A DNA stretch of 63,815 nt, the filler included, from Octopus bimaculoides (Eukaryota), in NCBI RefSeq assembly GCF_001194135.2. It is 8 parts of 8 records of this genome, joined end to end, with 100 filler letters (N's around TTAATTAATTAA, not from the genome) between each part and the next. Parts side by side here need not be neighbours in the genome. Positions count along the whole stretch, not along the records: positions 1 to 7,602 come from NW_026436906.1; positions 7,703 to 20,171 come from NC_068999.1; 6 more parts are not named here. The stretch is one strand, 5' to 3'. The stretch's first letter is position 1. Every line of letters begins with the position of its first letter. The position numbers and the translations under genes are program-made. Of this stretch, positions 1 to 11,382 are shown piece by piece. The notes beneath the pieces were generated by a model, which searched no databases, was not told the DNA's origin, and was given only the letters and a program-made list of their open reading frames with translations.

Positions 1-494
1 TATATATATATATATAATGCGTGAGAGGACAATTGAAAGAAAGAGGCACTGAACACAATTTGGTAGGAATATATATCATTATTTAAAACAGTTTGATTTG
101 GCCCTGTGTAACTTACAGTTTTGTGTGCCCATCGCAGGAATCTAGCTTATCAGTGATCCCAGTGGGCTGGGTTTCTTTGTTGTGCCTGCAAAACTTTAAG
201 GGACTGAATCAAACAACTTTAAATAATAATAATAGAAATAAAATACATGTATCTATGTTATTTAATAAGTTTCATTTGGTTTCATGCAACTTCAAGTTCC
301 GTAGGCTCATGAAACGAACCTAGCTTCGTTAGATGTCTGACAAGGTGGGTTCGTTAGATAGTCCCATGAAGCTTTAAGCTGCACGGAGTTGATTCAAACA
401 ATTATTAAATAATATATGTAATTTGTACTAAATGTGCTGAGTGCTCTTTTCTTTCGTACATACAATTTCTCTTCACCAAATTCTATGACAAGGT

Positions 495-680
495 ACTCAT
501 TGGCCCAGGGCTATAGTAGAAGCCACTTGCCCAAGGTGCCACACAGTGGAACTGAACTGAGTCACATAGTATTTGTGTATGTATGTATGTATGTATGTAT
601 ATATATATATATATATATATATACTCTTTTACTCGTTTCAGCCATGCGGCTGTGGTCATGCTGGAGCACCACCTTTGTCT
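495..680 (-). mobile_element. Fragments of tRNA-derived SINE family A (head piece 495-545, tail piece 620-675)
   Basis: GGCTATAGTAGAAG..ACTTGCCCAAGGTGCCAC and TACTCTTTTACTC..CATGCTGGAGCACC match fuller copies at 15063-15456 and 61570-62094. Confidence 0.7.
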
Positions 681-689
681 TTCTGACTT

Positions 690-886
690 CCTCGTCTGGG
701 TGTTTCACATCACCACACCTATATGTACCTTTTTCCCAGCTCTTGGTACCTCTGATATATAATTGAGTTTGATTCCGCAGCCCTCGTCTGTACCTCATGT
801 CGGGCTGTTGGTTCATCCGGCATTGTGAAGAGGAGAATGTCTAATTCCTTTTTAAAGACATCCACCTTATGCAAATTTCTTATCAT
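690..886 (-). mobile_element. CR1/L2-type LINE, 3' end of ORF2 (decayed)
   Basis: Minus-strand IRNLHKVDVFKKELDILLFTMPDEPTARHEVQTRAAESNSI resembles the FKxxLDxxLxxxPDxP...SNS C-terminus of invertebrate CR1-group ORF2. Confidence 0.6.
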
Positions 887-1010
887 CATCATCATCATCA
901 TCATCGTCGTCGTCGTCGTTTAACGTCCGCTTTCCATGCTAGCATGGGTTGGACGATTTGACTGAGGACTGGCAAGCCAGAAGGCTGCACCAGGCTCCAA
1001 TCTGATCATA
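887..1010 (-). mobile_element. Repeat 3' tail ending in (GAT/GAC)n; related copies at 9596-9840 (-) and 12800-13097 (+)
   Basis: TTTAAC(G/A)TCC(G/A)CTTT(T)CCATGCT..CATGGGTTGGAC shared by 918-955 and 9609-9645; trinucleotide tail is typical of RTE-mobilised elements. Confidence 0.5.
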
Positions 1011-1127
1011 TATATATTCTTATCTACTCTAAGCACAAGGCTAAAAATTTTTAGGGATGGGGACAGTCGATTAGATCGACGCCAGTACACAACTGGTACT
1101 TAATTAATCGACCCCAGAAAGATGAAT

Positions 1128-1174
<47 letters not shown>

Positions 1175-1472
1175 ATATCAAATAGTCATAAAAAATACAC
1201 CCATCAGAAGTATNNNNNNNNNNNNNNNNNNNNNNNNNNNNNNNNNNNNNNNNNNNNNNNNNNNNNNNNNNNNNNNNNNNNNNNNNNNNNNNNNNNNNNN
1301 NNNNNNNNNNNNNNNNNNNNNNNNNNNNNNNNNNNNNNNNNNNNNNNNNNNNNNNNNNNNNNNNNNNNNNNNNNNNNNNNNNNNNNNNNNNNNNNNNNNN
1401 NNNNNNNNNNNNNNNNNNNNNNNNNNNNNNNNNNNNNNNNNNNNNNNNNNNNNNNNNNNNNNNATCATATAA

Positions 1473-1680
1473 CGCATATTTGCTCGTGTTATAAGCTGCA
1501 CTCGCGTACAAGGTGCACCCCAAATTTAATGCTAAACCTTGGTACAATTTTTTTGTTCCCTTTCATAGTTTTAGCTGTGTCCCGTGTATAATAATTTGTA
1601 CATCGTTTTTCTTTTTGCTTTTGTGTTGAGTTAAAAATCACAGAAAAAGAGTGCATGGATTTATACACGAGTAAATACAA
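1473..1680. mobile_element. Degenerate Tc1/mariner (pogo/Tigger-like) MITE, ~200 bp
   Basis: Imperfect TIRs CATATTTGCTCGTGTTATAA and TTATACACGAGTAAATAC. Confidence 0.5.
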
Positions 1681-1689
1681 AAACACTCA

Positions 1690-1830
1690 CAAGATATGTT
1701 ACCCGTCGTTCGTCCCGCAGAATGCGTCAGGTAACAGACAACCTTTGAACCGTGACTTAATTTACAAAAAATTTTTTAGTAGGGGCCAGACAGACAGACG
1801 GATTTTAATGACATTAAAATCCATCGTTTA
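1690..1830 (+). mobile_element. Possible DINE-1/HINE-like (Helentron-associated) short element
   Basis: Starts ACAAG; short inverted GTTACC...GGTAAC; (CAGA)n microsatellite; 3' stem-loop GGATTTTAATG-A-CATTAAAATCC. Confidence 0.4.
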
Positions 1831-2106
1831 AAGGCTACGAGAAGAAAAAAGGGTTTGCAGAAAAAACTCAAGGGTTAAATATTTTGCCCTTTTCTGACGA
1901 ATCGCCTGGTACACATTCTCTAGAAGTTAGGGGTCAAATCGATACAACTTTAGGTAACGAAAACCAAAGGAAGAAAGAAGCGAAGTACGACCCCCCTCCT
2001 TCCCAAAATATTTAGCAACAAGTGTCATTCACCTAAAATGTAGGGGTTTTATCTCTTCTATTTAAAGATAAGCAATGAGTGCATTTCATAGAAATAGGGA
2101 CACCAG

Positions 2107-2353
2107 TTTATTGGGTTACCCTGTTTCTCGCTCATAAAGGGGTTTGGCCTTACGGCGTAGCTACAGACACCAAATGCTGCTGGCCTAAGACCCCTTCAAA
2201 ATATGGAGGGGAAATGCCTCGCTATAAAGGTAAACACTAGGCATTTCCCCCTCCTTATTTTGAAGAGGTCTTAGGCCAGCAATATTTGGGGTCTGAAGAT
2301 ACGCTGTAAGGCCAAACCCCTTATGAACGAGAAACCCAGGTTAACCCCATAAA
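2107..2353. repeat. Long imperfect inverted repeat (fold-back), ~113-bp arms, 19-nt loop
   Basis: GGCCTAAGACCCCTTCAAAATATGGAGGGGAAATGCCT vs AGGCATTTCCCCCTCCTTATTTTGAAGAGGTCTTAGGCC; pairing continues out to GGGTTACCCTGTTTCTCG / CGAGAAACCCAGGTTAACCC. Confidence 0.85.
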
Positions 2354-2399
2354 CCGACCTCCCCCATTATAATATATATACATATATACACACACCTTC

Positions 2400-2750
2400 G
2401 TAGTTTATTTTAGTCTTCTCTTATAATTCCATTCACACCCAGAATTTTTTATAGGAATATTAAATCTACCCCAGTATATCACTGCTACTTTATTTGATCA
2501 ACCCCTTGGAGGGCAAGAGGTAAAGTTAGTGTTAGTCTTTTATAATTCCATTCACATCTAGGATGTTTTATAGGAAGATTAAATCTCCCAGAATTTCACT
2601 ACTTTACCAACCCCTGAACAATGAGGGGTGAATCTAGTTTTAGATTTGTTTTAATTCAATTCACATACAGGATATTTTAGTAGTATGATTAAATCTACCC
2701 CTAGGGTTTTACTGGTACTTTATTTTATACATCGCAGAATGGTGGGGAGT
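2400..2750. repeat. Three diverged tandem units of ~115-125 bp
   Basis: Recurring TAATTC(C/A)ATTCACA...ATTAAATCT(A)CCC...CTACTTTA at ~2425, ~2543, ~2652. Confidence 0.7.
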
Positions 2751-3399
2751 GAAATGCAGAGCCCAGATTTATCAGGATTTAAACTCCGAACATAAATGGT
2801 TGCAGGGCATTTTGTCCGACATTCTAACAGCTTTGCCAAACATCACTTTGAAGTAAGGGTAGAATGATGGGCATATACGACCCACTTTCTCTTTAAATTA
2901 TTCAATATGCAGATATTTCTTAAAAATAAGGATTAACTTGTTTTTTTTTTAAAATTAGATAACACAAGGTAGTTTATCTGACATGTAATAATTCTACCAA
3001 TCCAGTGCGTAAACGGTTAAACGTACTAAAAATGTGAAGGCGAAACACTTTATTTGTAAGTTTAGAAAAACAAGCAAGAAAAAAACGAAGAACAAATGCG
3101 ACCCCTCCGTTCTAAATATTTATTCAACACATAAATATCGCAGACAAAAAAATAGGGGTTACATTTTCCCCACTTTCAATTTAAGACTAGAAAACATAAA
3201 CAAAAAAAAAAGGAGCCAAAACAATGGTACGTGCGTTCCCTGGTCCCTTAATAAAGTCAACAGGNNNNNNNNNNNNNNNNNNNNNNNNNNNNNNNNNNNN
3301 NNNNNNNNNNNNNNNNNNNNNNNCAACAGGTGAACATCTAAAAAAAAAAAAAAAGTTTTATCCCCTTTTTATTTTAGTTTTTTTTTGTCAATGCTATAA

Positions 3400-4090
3400 A
3401 AAAACACAAGAGTAAGCGCAATCCCCTTCTCTTTTCATTAGTTAATCAACAAATGCATGACCTTAAATTAGGGGCTGAGTTGAGTTTTCTTTAAGGCTAT
3501 GAAAACAATATAAAATAGGGGCATTTGCAATCTCTTTTTTTTTTATATTCAGGACATTTAGGTACATGTCCTTAAATTAGGAGCAGTACTGTGTTAAGAT
3601 TCTGCAAAAAAAGAAGAAAAAAGGGCGCATGCAACCCCTTCTCATTTGATAACTAAACAATGAGTACACACACCCCTTAAATTAAGGGCTGAGCCCTGTC
3701 TCTCGAAAATTAATGAAGTACATATGTTCTAATATTTAAGGATCGACTTAAGTTTTCTTTTTATTATTCTTTTAAGGCTACAAAAACCATACCTAAAAAA
3801 GCCACAATGCAACCCCCACACGCCCTTAAATTAAGGATCGGACCTTTTGTCTCTCTTGTAATTAATCAACAAGTATATGTGTTTTCTTTTTTTTTTGAAG
3901 GCTACGAAAATTCACTTAAAGGGCAAATGCAAGCCCCTGTCACAAGATAATCAAGCACATATGCCCTTAAATTAAGGTCCGAGCCCCTTGTCTCTCTTAT
4001 TAATCAACAAGTCCTTTCTTAATAGTTTTAAGGCTCCCCTTATCAGAGGACAATTAACCAACAAGCAGATTACGCCCTTAAATTAGGGGT
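3400..4090. repeat. Highly diverged tandem array (~60-130-bp units)
   Basis: Repeated CC(C)TTAAATTA(A/G)GG, TAAGGCTA(C/T)(G/A)AAAA, ATGCAA(C/G)CCC and AATCAACAA motifs. Confidence 0.6.
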
Positions 4091-4139
4091 TTTCATGGGA
4101 GAAAGAGAGAGCGAGCGAGAGAAAACGTCTGTCTGTGTC

Positions 4140-4156
4140 TGGTGGGGCATATACAT

Positions 4157-4190
<34 letters not shown>

Positions 4191-5689
4191 TCAAGAGAAG
4201 CTGCTAAGACTTACCTTAATACCTCGGCGTCGTTCAACGAACTGGTTGTTACGGACTGGGTCACTGGCTTTATATATATAGTGTGTGGGTGTAGGTGTGT
4301 CGGTGTCTGCTACCCTGTATGTGTGTGTGTATGTGAGAAAGCATGTGTATCTGTCTATTCTTTGCTGTATGTGTATGCCTGTGTGTGTGTGTTTGATCGT
4401 GTCTATCATTGATTGTGTGTGTGTGAGTGTGCGCCTGTGTGTCAGCGTGTTTAGCTATCACTGTATGTATGTCTCTGTGTGTGTGAATGGAGATGTATGT
4501 GTCTCTCATTGTATGTGTGTTCGTGTATCTATTATTGTATATGTGTATGCGTATGTCTGATCGTGTATCTGTGTGTCTATCGCTGTCTGTAATGTATCGC
4601 TCACTTCATGTAATGTGTGTGTGTGTGTTTATCTCTTACTATATGTGTACGTATTTGTATGTGTGTCTATAACTGTGTACGTGTATCTGTTTATCGCGTT
4701 TGCATGTGTATTTGATTATATGTGTTTCTGTGAATATGTATATATATATATATATGTGTGTGNNNNNNNNNNNNNNNNNNNNNNNNNNNNNNNNNNNNNN
4801 NNNNNNNNNNNNNNNNNNNNNNNNNNNNNNNNNNNNNNNNNNNNNNNNNNNNNNNNNNNNNNNNNNNNNNNNNNNNNNNNNNNNNNNNNNNNNNNNNNNN
4901 NNNNNNNNNNNNNNNNNNNNNNNNNNNNNNNNNNNNNNNNNNNNNNNNNNNNNNNNNNNNNNNNNNNNNNNNNNNNNNNNNNNNNNNNNNNNNNNNNNNN
5001 NNNNNNNNNNNNNNNNNNNNNNNNNNNNNNNNNNNNNNNNNNNNNNNNNNNNNNNNNNNNNNNNNNNNNNNNNNNNNNNNNNNNNNNNNNNNNNNNNNNN
5101 NNNNNNNNNNNNNNNNNNNNNNNNNNNNNNNNNNNNNNNNNNNNNNNNNNNNNNNNNNNNNNNNNNNNNNNNNNNNNNNNNNNNNNNNNNNNNNNNNNNN
5201 NNNNNNNNNNNNNNNNNNNNNNNNNNNNNNNNNNNNNNNNNNNNNNNNNNNNNNNNNNNNNNNNNNNNNNNNNNNNNNNNNNNNNNNNNNNNNNNNNNNN
5301 NNNNNNNNNNNNNNNNNNNNNNNNNNNNNNNNNNNNNNNNNNNNNNNNNNNNNNNNNNNNNNNNNNNNNNNNNNNNNNNNNNNNNNNNNNNNNNNNNNNN
5401 NNNNNNNNNNNNNNNNNNNNNNNNNNNNNNNNNNNNNNNNNNNNNNNNNNNNNNNNNNNNNNNNNNNNNNNNNNNNNNNNNNNNNNNNNNNNNNNNNNNN
5501 NNNNNNNNNNNNNNNNNNNNNNNNNNNNNNNNNNNNNNNNNNNNNNNNNNNNNNNNNNNNNNNNNNNNNNNNNNNNNNNNNNNNNNNNNNNNNNNNNNNN
5601 NNNNNNNNNNNNNNNNNNNNNNNNNNNNNNNNNNNNNNNNNNNNNNNNNNNNNNNNNNNNNNNNNNNNNNNNNNNNNNNNNNNNNNNNN

Positions 5690-5730
<41 letters not shown>

Positions 5731-5958
5731 CGTGCTGTCTGTCTCTCTGTGTAGGAGTATATATTTCTTTATTTCTTTCGCTTTATCTCTCTTAATGTAT
5801 ATAATTATATACACACACGCACACACACACACACACACACAATAGTGTGTGTGTGTGTGTGTGTGGAATGCTTGTATCTGCCTCTGTATTTGTCGGGATA
5901 CTACTTACTAATTGTATGTTTCTGAATTAACGTGTCTGTATACGCATATGTCTATATT

Positions 5959-5992
<34 letters not shown>

Positions 5993-6243
5993 TATATAGA
6001 CAGAGAGAAGCAGGGTGGGCGAAAATTCACGCACCAAAACAGTTGACATTTTATTTATGTTATACGTCGTTATCATCATTATAATAATTAATCATTTTGT
6101 TGTTCATCGTGTACAAGTACCTGCGCATGCATCGTTATGCCAGTTAATTTTACTCAATTTCAGAAAAAAAATCGGGACATATCTTTGACAATTTAACGGA
6201 CCATTTTGAATTTAACACGGTGCGTAATTTGTGGCCCACCCTG

Positions 6244-6306
<63 letters not shown>

Positions 6307-7228
6307 GACAATGCCATACATTAATGTATGTGTGTATATTTCTGTGTATGTGTTGTAAAATGCGGGCATCATTAGACGCCTAAAAAAACCCCCTAATGTC
6401 TTAATATATTAACATATATGTACCAATATATATATATATGTGTTAGTATGTATAAATGTATATATATATATATATCTATGAATACGATTACGTACCTGTA
6501 TGTCTATGTATATATGTTTTAATGTGTATATATGTGTGTATGTGTCTGTGTGCAAATGTATGCATGAAGTTGTTTTCTTCACGTATNNNNNNNNNNNNNN
6601 NNNNNNNNNNNNNNNNNNNNNNNNNNNNNNNNNNNNNNNNNNNNNNNNNNNNNNNNNNNNNNNNNNNNNNNNNNNNNNNNNNNNNNNNNNNNNNNNNNNN
6701 NNNNNNNNNNNNNNNNNNNNNNNNNNNNNNNNNNNNNNNNNNNNNNNNNNNNNNNNNNNNNNNNNNNNNNNNNNNNNNNNNNNNNNNNNNNNNNNNNNNN
6801 NNNNNNNNNNNNNNNNNNNNNNNNNNNNNNNNNNNNNNNNNNNNNNNNNNNNNNNNNNNNNNNNNNNNNNNNNNNNNNNNNNNNNNNNNNNNNNNNNNNN
6901 NNNNNNNNNNNNNNNNNNNNNNNNNNNNNNNNNNNNNNNNNNNNNNNNNNNNNNNNNNNNNNNNNNNNNNNNNNNNNNNNNNNNNNNNNNNNNNNNNNNN
7001 NNNNNNNNNNNNNNNNNNNNNNNNNNNNNNNNNNNNNNNNNNNNNNNNNNNNNNNNNNNNNNNNNNNNNNNNNNNNNNNNNNNNNNNNNNNNNNNNNNNN
7101 NNNNNNNNNNNNNNNNNNNNNNNNNNNNNNNNNNNNNNNNNNNNNNNNNNNNNNNNNNNNNNNNNNNNNNNNNNNNNNNNNNNNNNNNNNNNNNNNNNNN
7201 NNNNNNNNNNNNNNNNNNNNNNNNNNNN

Positions 7229-7275
<47 letters not shown>

Positions 7276-7500
7276 TGTGGTGTGTTTGTGCGTGTGTGTG
7301 TGGGTGTGTTTACCTGTTTTGCACACATACGTGTGTTTGTATCACTCTACTTTTTATGTGAGAGTGTGTATGTATGTATGTATGTATTATGTATGTATAT
7401 ATGTATTATGTATGTATGTATGTATGTTTTATGTATGTATTATGTATGAATGTGTGTGTGTATGTATGTATGTGTCTGTATGTATGTATGTAGGTAGGTA
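4140..7500. repeat. (TG)n/(TA)n/(TATG)n microsatellite mosaic flanking large N gaps
   Basis: Directly visible; source of the spurious YIYI/VCVC/THTH ORFs. Confidence 0.95.
6011..6243. mobile_element. Tc1/mariner-type MITE, 233 bp
   Basis: TIRs CAGGGTGGGCGAAAATTCACGCACC / GGTGCGTAATTTGTGGCCCACCCTG; TA on the right side. Confidence 0.8.
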
Positions 7501-7602
7501 TGTAGAAGCACAGGCGAAAGCGTGGTTGTGTGGTAAGAATCTTGCTTACCAACCACAAGGTTCCCAGTTCAGTCCCACTGCGTGGCACCTTGGGCAAGTG
7601 TC

Positions 7603-7702
7603 NNNNNNNNNNNNNNNNNNNNNNNNNNNNNNNNNNNNNNNNNNNNTTAATTAATTAANNNNNNNNNNNNNNNNNNNNNNNNNNNNNNNNNNNNNNNNNN
7701 NN
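7603..7702. other. Artificial scaffold-join spacer (44 N + TTAATTAATTAA + 44 N); same spacer at 20172-20271, 38922-39021, 43540-43639, 52226-52325, 60342-60441, 62652-62751
   Basis: Identical 100-nt construct seven times; the 12-mer carries stop codons in all six frames. Confidence 0.95.
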
Positions 7703-7729
7703 GTGTTTGGGTGCGTGTGTGTATATACA

Positions 7730-7820
7730 TCTCTACATATAAAGATGATGCGTAGTCTAGACGGCGTTTTTAGATTTCATTATTCTCTCTAACCCGGGCA
7801 ACGCCGGGTATTTCTGCTAG
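7730..7820 (+). mobile_element. 91-bp non-autonomous Helitron nested in the SINE's microsatellite
   Basis: A|TCTCTACATATAAA...CCCGGGCAACGCCGGG hairpin...CTAG|T: canonical TC and CTAG termini, subterminal hairpin, A^T site, no TSD. Confidence 0.8.
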
Positions 7821-8243
7821 TATATATATATATATGTATGTGTGTGTGTATATGTTTGTATGTCTGTGTTTGTTCCCCCAACATCACTTGACAACCGATG
7901 CTGGTGTGTTTACGTCCACGTAACTTAGCGGTTCGGCAAAAGAGATCGATAGAATAAGTACTATGCTTACAAAGAATAAGTCCTGGGGTCGATTTTCTCG
8001 ACTAAAGGCGGTGCTCCAGCATGGCCGCAGTCAAATGACTGAAACAAATAAAAGAGTAAAAGAATATTTAGCAGGTTGAGTTATCATGTTGAGGCCTCTG
8101 TGGGTTTTGGCAGTTGAAGGTGGGTGTGTAGTAGGTATATGGAGGTGGGTTTGGGTCTCCTGGTACCGCCGGTGGGATACAGTCTGGTGATGAGGGGGAA
8201 CCAAGACATATAGTATCTAACATGTCCTCTTCTCTGATGATAA

Positions 8244-8464
8244 TGTGATTTGAGTAAGATTTGGCTGTTATTTCTGGCATATTGAGCGACCACCTAGAGG
8301 GTCTCTCCTCATCCCAGGATGTGTGTTAGTGGTGTGTATATGCACACTGTATGGGATGGGTCGGCTGTGATGGTGGTACTCATAGTTGTAATGCTGGAAG
8401 TGTGTGTACGTAGATGGTCACTCAATATGCCAGAAATAACAGCCAAATCTTCCTCAAATCACAT
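8244..8464. repeat. Inverted pair of a ~55-bp dispersed repeat motif
   Basis: ATGTGATTTGAGTAAGATTTGGCTGTTATTTCTGGCATATTGAGCGACC vs GGTCACTCAATATGCCAGAAATAACAGCCAAATCTTCCTCAAATCACAT; related motif at ~14592 and ~57807. Confidence 0.8.
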
Positions 8465-8467
8465 CAT

Positions 8468-8524
<57 letters not shown>

Positions 8525-8812
8525 NNNNNNNNNNNNNNNNNNNNNNNNNNNNNNNNNNNNNNNNNNNNNNNNNNNNNNNNNNNNNNNNNNNNNNNNNNNN
8601 NNNNNNNNNNNNNNNNNNNNNNNNNNNNNNNNNNNNNNNNNNNNNNNNNNNNNNNNNNNNNNNNNNNNNNNNNNNNNNNNNNNNNNNNNNNNNNNNNNNN
8701 NNNNNNNNNNNNNNNNNNNNNNNNNNNNNNNNNNNNNNNNNNNNNNNNNNNNNNNNNNNNNNNNNNNNNNNNNNNNNNNNNNNNNNNNNNNNNNNNNNNN
8801 NNNNNNNNNNNN

Positions 8813-8853
<41 letters not shown>

Positions 8854-8861
8854 CATGACAA

Positions 8862-9013
8862 GCTTCTTTCAGTTTCCGTCTGTCAAGTCCACTCAAGTCT
8901 TGGGTTGGCCCGAGGCTATAGTAGAAGACACTTGCCCAAAGTGTCACGCAGTGGGACTGAACCCAGAACCATGTGGTTCGTAAGCAAGCTACTTACCACA
9001 CAGCCACTCCTGC
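8862..9013 (-). mobile_element. SINE family A, 5' half
   Basis: Ends AAGCAAGCTACTTACCACACAGCCACTCCTGC; an uninterrupted head that serves as the empty-site reference. Confidence 0.85.
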
Positions 9014-9126
9014 ATGTTCCTAACTGTTTTTAAAATCAGTGGGGTGTGAATGTAGGAAGTTTTGGTTACTATTTCTAGCAGAGGCTCGTCCATTGGCTCA
9101 CTGGTGGGTTTGCAGTTCAGTGATGA

Positions 9127-9159
<33 letters not shown>

Positions 9160-9937
9160 GGAGAATAAATCCTACCTTTTCACATTCTTTCTCAAAGTAT
9201 GATTTTGGGATGGATCCCATCTGCAACGAAAAGTGGGGGGTGGCAAGGGGGGAGGAAGAAAGAAGTTTTATTATTTAATGTAACTTGACCAGTGAAATGT
9301 GTTGGGGGGGGCGGCATTAGGGCTTCGCATGATAATTATGAACATGATGATGATGACAATGACGATGGTGATGATGATGGTGGGAATAAACGCTATCAGC
9401 AAAAGAAGTAAACCTGAATCTGTACCGTGATTCATCGTCTGTAATTAACTAAGAAACTCGATCTTCCTAAGTTTCATCGGAATCTTTTGATTTCAGTTAA
9501 TTTAATCTATGGAAGATCATACATGTCACTGTATTTTATTGAGGATTGCCTTGCGTGTGTGTGAGTTGTCTATTTTTGAAAGCATTATACTTTAATCATC
9601 AACACAGTTTTAACATCCACTTTTCCATGCTTGCATGGGTTGGACAGAATTTGTTGAGGTAGGTTTTCGACAGCCAAAAACCCTTCCTGTCACTAACCCC
9701 AATTTGTTTCTCAAATCAGGTCATATTTTTCCCAAGTCGAACATGTTTTCACATAAGATTGGAAATGGATACTGCTTGTACGATGGTGGCATTCATTTAC
9801 AACCAATATACACTGTCAAGACAAGGAAACACTAACACACATCTCCCTTCTCTCTCTGTCTCTCTCTTACACACACACATTTAGGTGCTACTTTGGCGTG
9901 TGATCTACAAGGGGAGGTTACTTCAGGTTACTTTTTA

Positions 9938-10279
9938 GTTTCTATGTAATTAAGTGATCGTGGTCTACACATCTCATAAAGCATATTGCATAGAGTAGGC
10001 CTTTATGTTAGAACTGGTTTATATTAAAGAATAAGGATATCATGAGTCAAAGTTGGTATAGTTTTATCGACTCTGACTCCAGCTACCTCTTAAATGTTTT
10101 TGACTCGTGTTTATGTAATTGATTGTGGTCTACATACCCCATAAAGCATATGCATATGCTTGTACTTTGAGTAGGCCTATAGGTTATAACCGGTTTATAT
10201 TAAAGAGTAAAGACATTGTCAGTTGGAGTCAGTATACTTTTACCGACTTCGACTCCACGACTCCGACTCCATAGTCCTG
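9938..10279 (-). mobile_element. hAT-like terminal fragment with ~170-bp tandem duplication
   Basis: Two units (9938-10085, 10110-10270); ends GACTCCACGACTCCGACTCCATAGTCCTG, i.e. CAGGACTATGGAGTCGGAGTC on minus, resembling hAT MITE termini. Confidence 0.5.
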
Positions 10280-10807
10280 ATGATAATGATAATAAAAAAA
10301 AAAAGAAACTACTGGCCTTGTGCCTAAATCAAAACTAATTACTAAAATCATTAAAGCTCTGCCAGAATAAAAAGAGAAAAAAAATATTGACTTATAANNN
10401 NNNNNNNNNNNNNNNNNNNNNNNNNNNNNNNNNNNNNNNNNNNNNNNNNNNNNNNNNNNNNNNNNNNNNNNNNNNNNNNNNNNNNNNNNNNNNNNNNNNN
10501 NNNNNNNNNNNNNNNNNNNNNNNNNNNNNNNNNNNNNNNNNNNNNNNNNNNNNNNNNNNNNNNNNNNNNNNNNNNNNNNNNNNNNNNNNNNNNNNNNNNN
10601 NNNNNNNNNNNNNNNNNNNNNNNNNNNNNNNNNNNNNNNNNNNNNNNNNNNNNNNNNNNNNNNNNNNNNNNNNNNNNNNNNNNNNNNNNNNNNNNNNNNN
10701 NNNNNNNNNNNNNNNNNGTGGTGTAATTTATTAGTGAACCAGTAGGTAATGCTGCACCAGAGAGCGGGTGGGCATGGGGAAGAAAAAAGGTTTACAGACA
10801 AATTTTA

Positions 10808-10989
10808 AGAGATGGCTGTGTGATTAAAGAAGTTCACTTTGCAACCAGGGGATCTTGGGTTCAATCCCACTGCACAGCATCCTGGGCAAGTGTCTTCTGC
10901 TATAGTTCCAGGCCAAAGAGTGCCTTGTGATTGACTTTGGTCAATGGAAACAGTGGAAACCCATGACACATGTGTGCGTGTGTGTCTGC

Positions 10990-11030
<41 letters not shown>

Positions 11031-11260
11031 TATATGTGTATGTGAGGTTATGTGCTTACACGTGTGTGTGCATGTGTGTGTTTGTATCCCTACTGCTTTA
11101 CAATCAGTGTTGGTTTGTTTATGTCCCTATAACTTAGCTGTCTGACAAAAGAGACTGATAGAATAAATATCAGACTTTGAAAGAATATAAACACTAGAGT
11201 CAGTTGGTTCAACTAACAAAGCAGTGCTCCAGCATGGCTCTAGTCCAGTGTCTGAAACAT
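10808..11260 (+). mobile_element. SINE family A, full length, diverged
   Basis: Head, CORE-like block, (GT)n centre and GTGCTCCAGCATGGC tail in order. Confidence 0.8.
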
Positions 11261-11325
11261 GTTAGAGGAAGGAAAAAGAAAAAAAAATTCAGTTCTTTGG
11301 TAAGTTTCTAGATTTTTCTTGGTTA

Positions 11326-11382
11326 TTACATCTTGACCTTGGCAGTTACACCTTGACCTTGGCAGTTACATCTTGACCTTGG
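11326..11382. repeat. 20-bp tandem repeat, ~2.8 copies
   Basis: TTACA(T/C)CTTGACCTTGGCAG. Confidence 0.85.

Larger units (their letters stand above)
7505..8062 (+). mobile_element. SINE family A (head 7505-7602, body and tail 7703-8062), split by a scaffold join
   Basis: tRNA-like head (TGGTTGTGTGGTAAG, GGTTCCCAGTTCAGTCCC), CORE-like CACCTTGGGCAAGTGTC, tail GGTGCTCCAGCATGGCCGCAGTCAAATGACTGAAAC..(TAAAAGA)n. Confidence 0.85.

Noticed and set aside
4573-7361. Long ORFs (250-400 aa) in the ORF track here and around every other gap
   Set aside because: They are open only because they run through N runs and dinucleotide microsatellites (YIYI, VCVC, THTH).
7505-7602. tRNA-like heads as real tRNA genes (here and in the other SINEs)
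   Set aside because: They lack a complete cloverleaf and continue into SINE bodies.
7647-7658. TTAATTAATTAA as a biological motif (PacI or homeobox site)
   Set aside because: Always centred in exactly 44+44 N, so it is an assembly linker.
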